From contig JBNGIO010005370.1 of NCBI GenBank assembly GCA_049999805.1, positions 1 through 63,098 of the forward strand: 63,098 nt of DNA, read 5' to 3'. The notes under the pieces are model-generated. The model searched no databases and was not told the DNA's origin. It saw only the letters and a list, made by a program, of their open reading frames with translations. Shown in pieces: positions 61,960 to 63,098 of this stretch. This DNA comes from Folioceros fuciformis. Taxonomy: Eukaryota. Both the position numbers and the translations under genes were made by a program. The first letter of the stretch is position 1, and the number at the start of each line of letters is the position of its first letter.

Positions 61960-62660
61960 AACTCCCATCGGCCTTTAACATACGAAAATGTTTGCCAACA
62001 AAAATAAAGGAGCAGATCATTCCGTTCGATTGCAATCTGGACGTGTGAGGAGGCTTCTCCAGAAGGGTCAACCTCAGAGGTCGAAACAAGAGTCTCAGCC
62101 CATGGGTAGTGCAGCTTCAAGTACGCCTTCTGAGCTGCGCTCAAAATGCTCAGAATCTTCTGCTCTCCCTCCTGCACGAGCTCTTTCACATTGTCAAACC
62201 GTTCCTTCTGAGGCTTCCTTCGTACTTCGAAGGTCTCCTTGAGCGCGCGATCCCTTCAAGACCAGCATGCTCTAGAAACAGGCAGAACTCATGGTCAGGG
62301 AGTTCAGTGAAGTCAAGATCAGCGCAGGTAGACCATTCCTCAACCTGCTTTGCCAAGTTTTCAATGTCCAGAGTCTTTTGCAGCCGATCAACACCTTCTT
62401 GGGAGGGACAACTGAGGAAGTTAGAACAACGCAACGGTGAACTCCGCCTGCAAGTCTGACACTACACCCCAAGCAGGAAGATGCCTCAACATTGCCTGGC
62501 TCCATCTCTGTGACTACCGTAGAAATGTGAAAGCCTTTCCGCACCCGCACCCGCACCCGCCACATTGTTCTCCGACTGCCTTACCTTGGCTATCTGGAGC
62601 CTCCGTGTAAGAGTGCAGTAGTAGAGTGCTCCGTAGTCGTGATAGACAAATCCATACCGG
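61960..62660 (-). pseudogene. 5' fragment of the decayed giant-GTPase paralog
   Basis: RLAGGVHRCVVLTSSVVP, LDFTELPDHEFCLFLEHAG and AYLKLHYPW match ~44830-45500 of the intact gene. Confidence 0.85.
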
Positions 62661-62699
62661 ATGGCGGAGAATGGCGGAGAATCCCTTTGGATTTGCATA

Positions 62700-63098
62700 A
62701 GTCCTGGAAAGCATGACTTGTGTACTCTCCTCTCTTGTCATTGCGGAGTGTGCTGACCTGGAAACCAGTTTGCCTTTCTACTGCTAGGACAAATTCTTGG
62801 AAACATGTGAGTGCTTCGTCCTTGTGCCTAAGGAAAAAGATATGGCAGTACCTGCTCTACTCATCCAAGAATGTCAAGAAGTAGCTATGGCCACCGAAAC
62901 TGGAGGTGCTCATTGGTCCGCAAATATCTGAGTGTACGACCTCAAGGAGACATTGGGCTCAAGTAGGTGAGGGGTCGTTGAATGGGAGTTGATAGAACTT
63001 TGAGTACTTGCATATCTCGCAGAAGAAGTCCTTGGGTACCTTAATGCTAACAAGATCCTTATACATGTTCGGGTTGACAAATGTGCTGAGGTACGAGG
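62700..63098 (-). mobile_element. Copia integrase fragment running off the window
   Basis: Minus strand [42 protein letters not shown]. Confidence 0.8.

Overview
Eukaryotic nuclear DNA from a gene-dense land-plant genome with short (~90-130 nt) GT-AG introns. Elongated L-type PPR motifs suggest a hornwort (inference). In order: RPL39; two F-box genes; an aldo-keto reductase; an orphan membrane ORF; two tandem single-lobe transferrin genes with GPI-like tails; a plastid pyrophosphatase gene apparently spliced in frame onto uroporphyrinogen decarboxylase (predicted 656-aa PPa-UROD fusion); FPP synthase; nitrobindin; four epoxide hydrolase copies (one intact); a PLS-E PPR gene; and a ~2,339-aa GBP/atlastin-like GTPase + Cys/His-rich + VWA gene. 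A decayed paralog of the last gene is split by Ty1/Copia insertions that fill the final ~13 kb. Best leads: the PPa-UROD fusion, the giant GTPase-VWA protein and the transferrins with all canonical iron ligands. Exon models were derived by hand from the sequence and have no transcript support.
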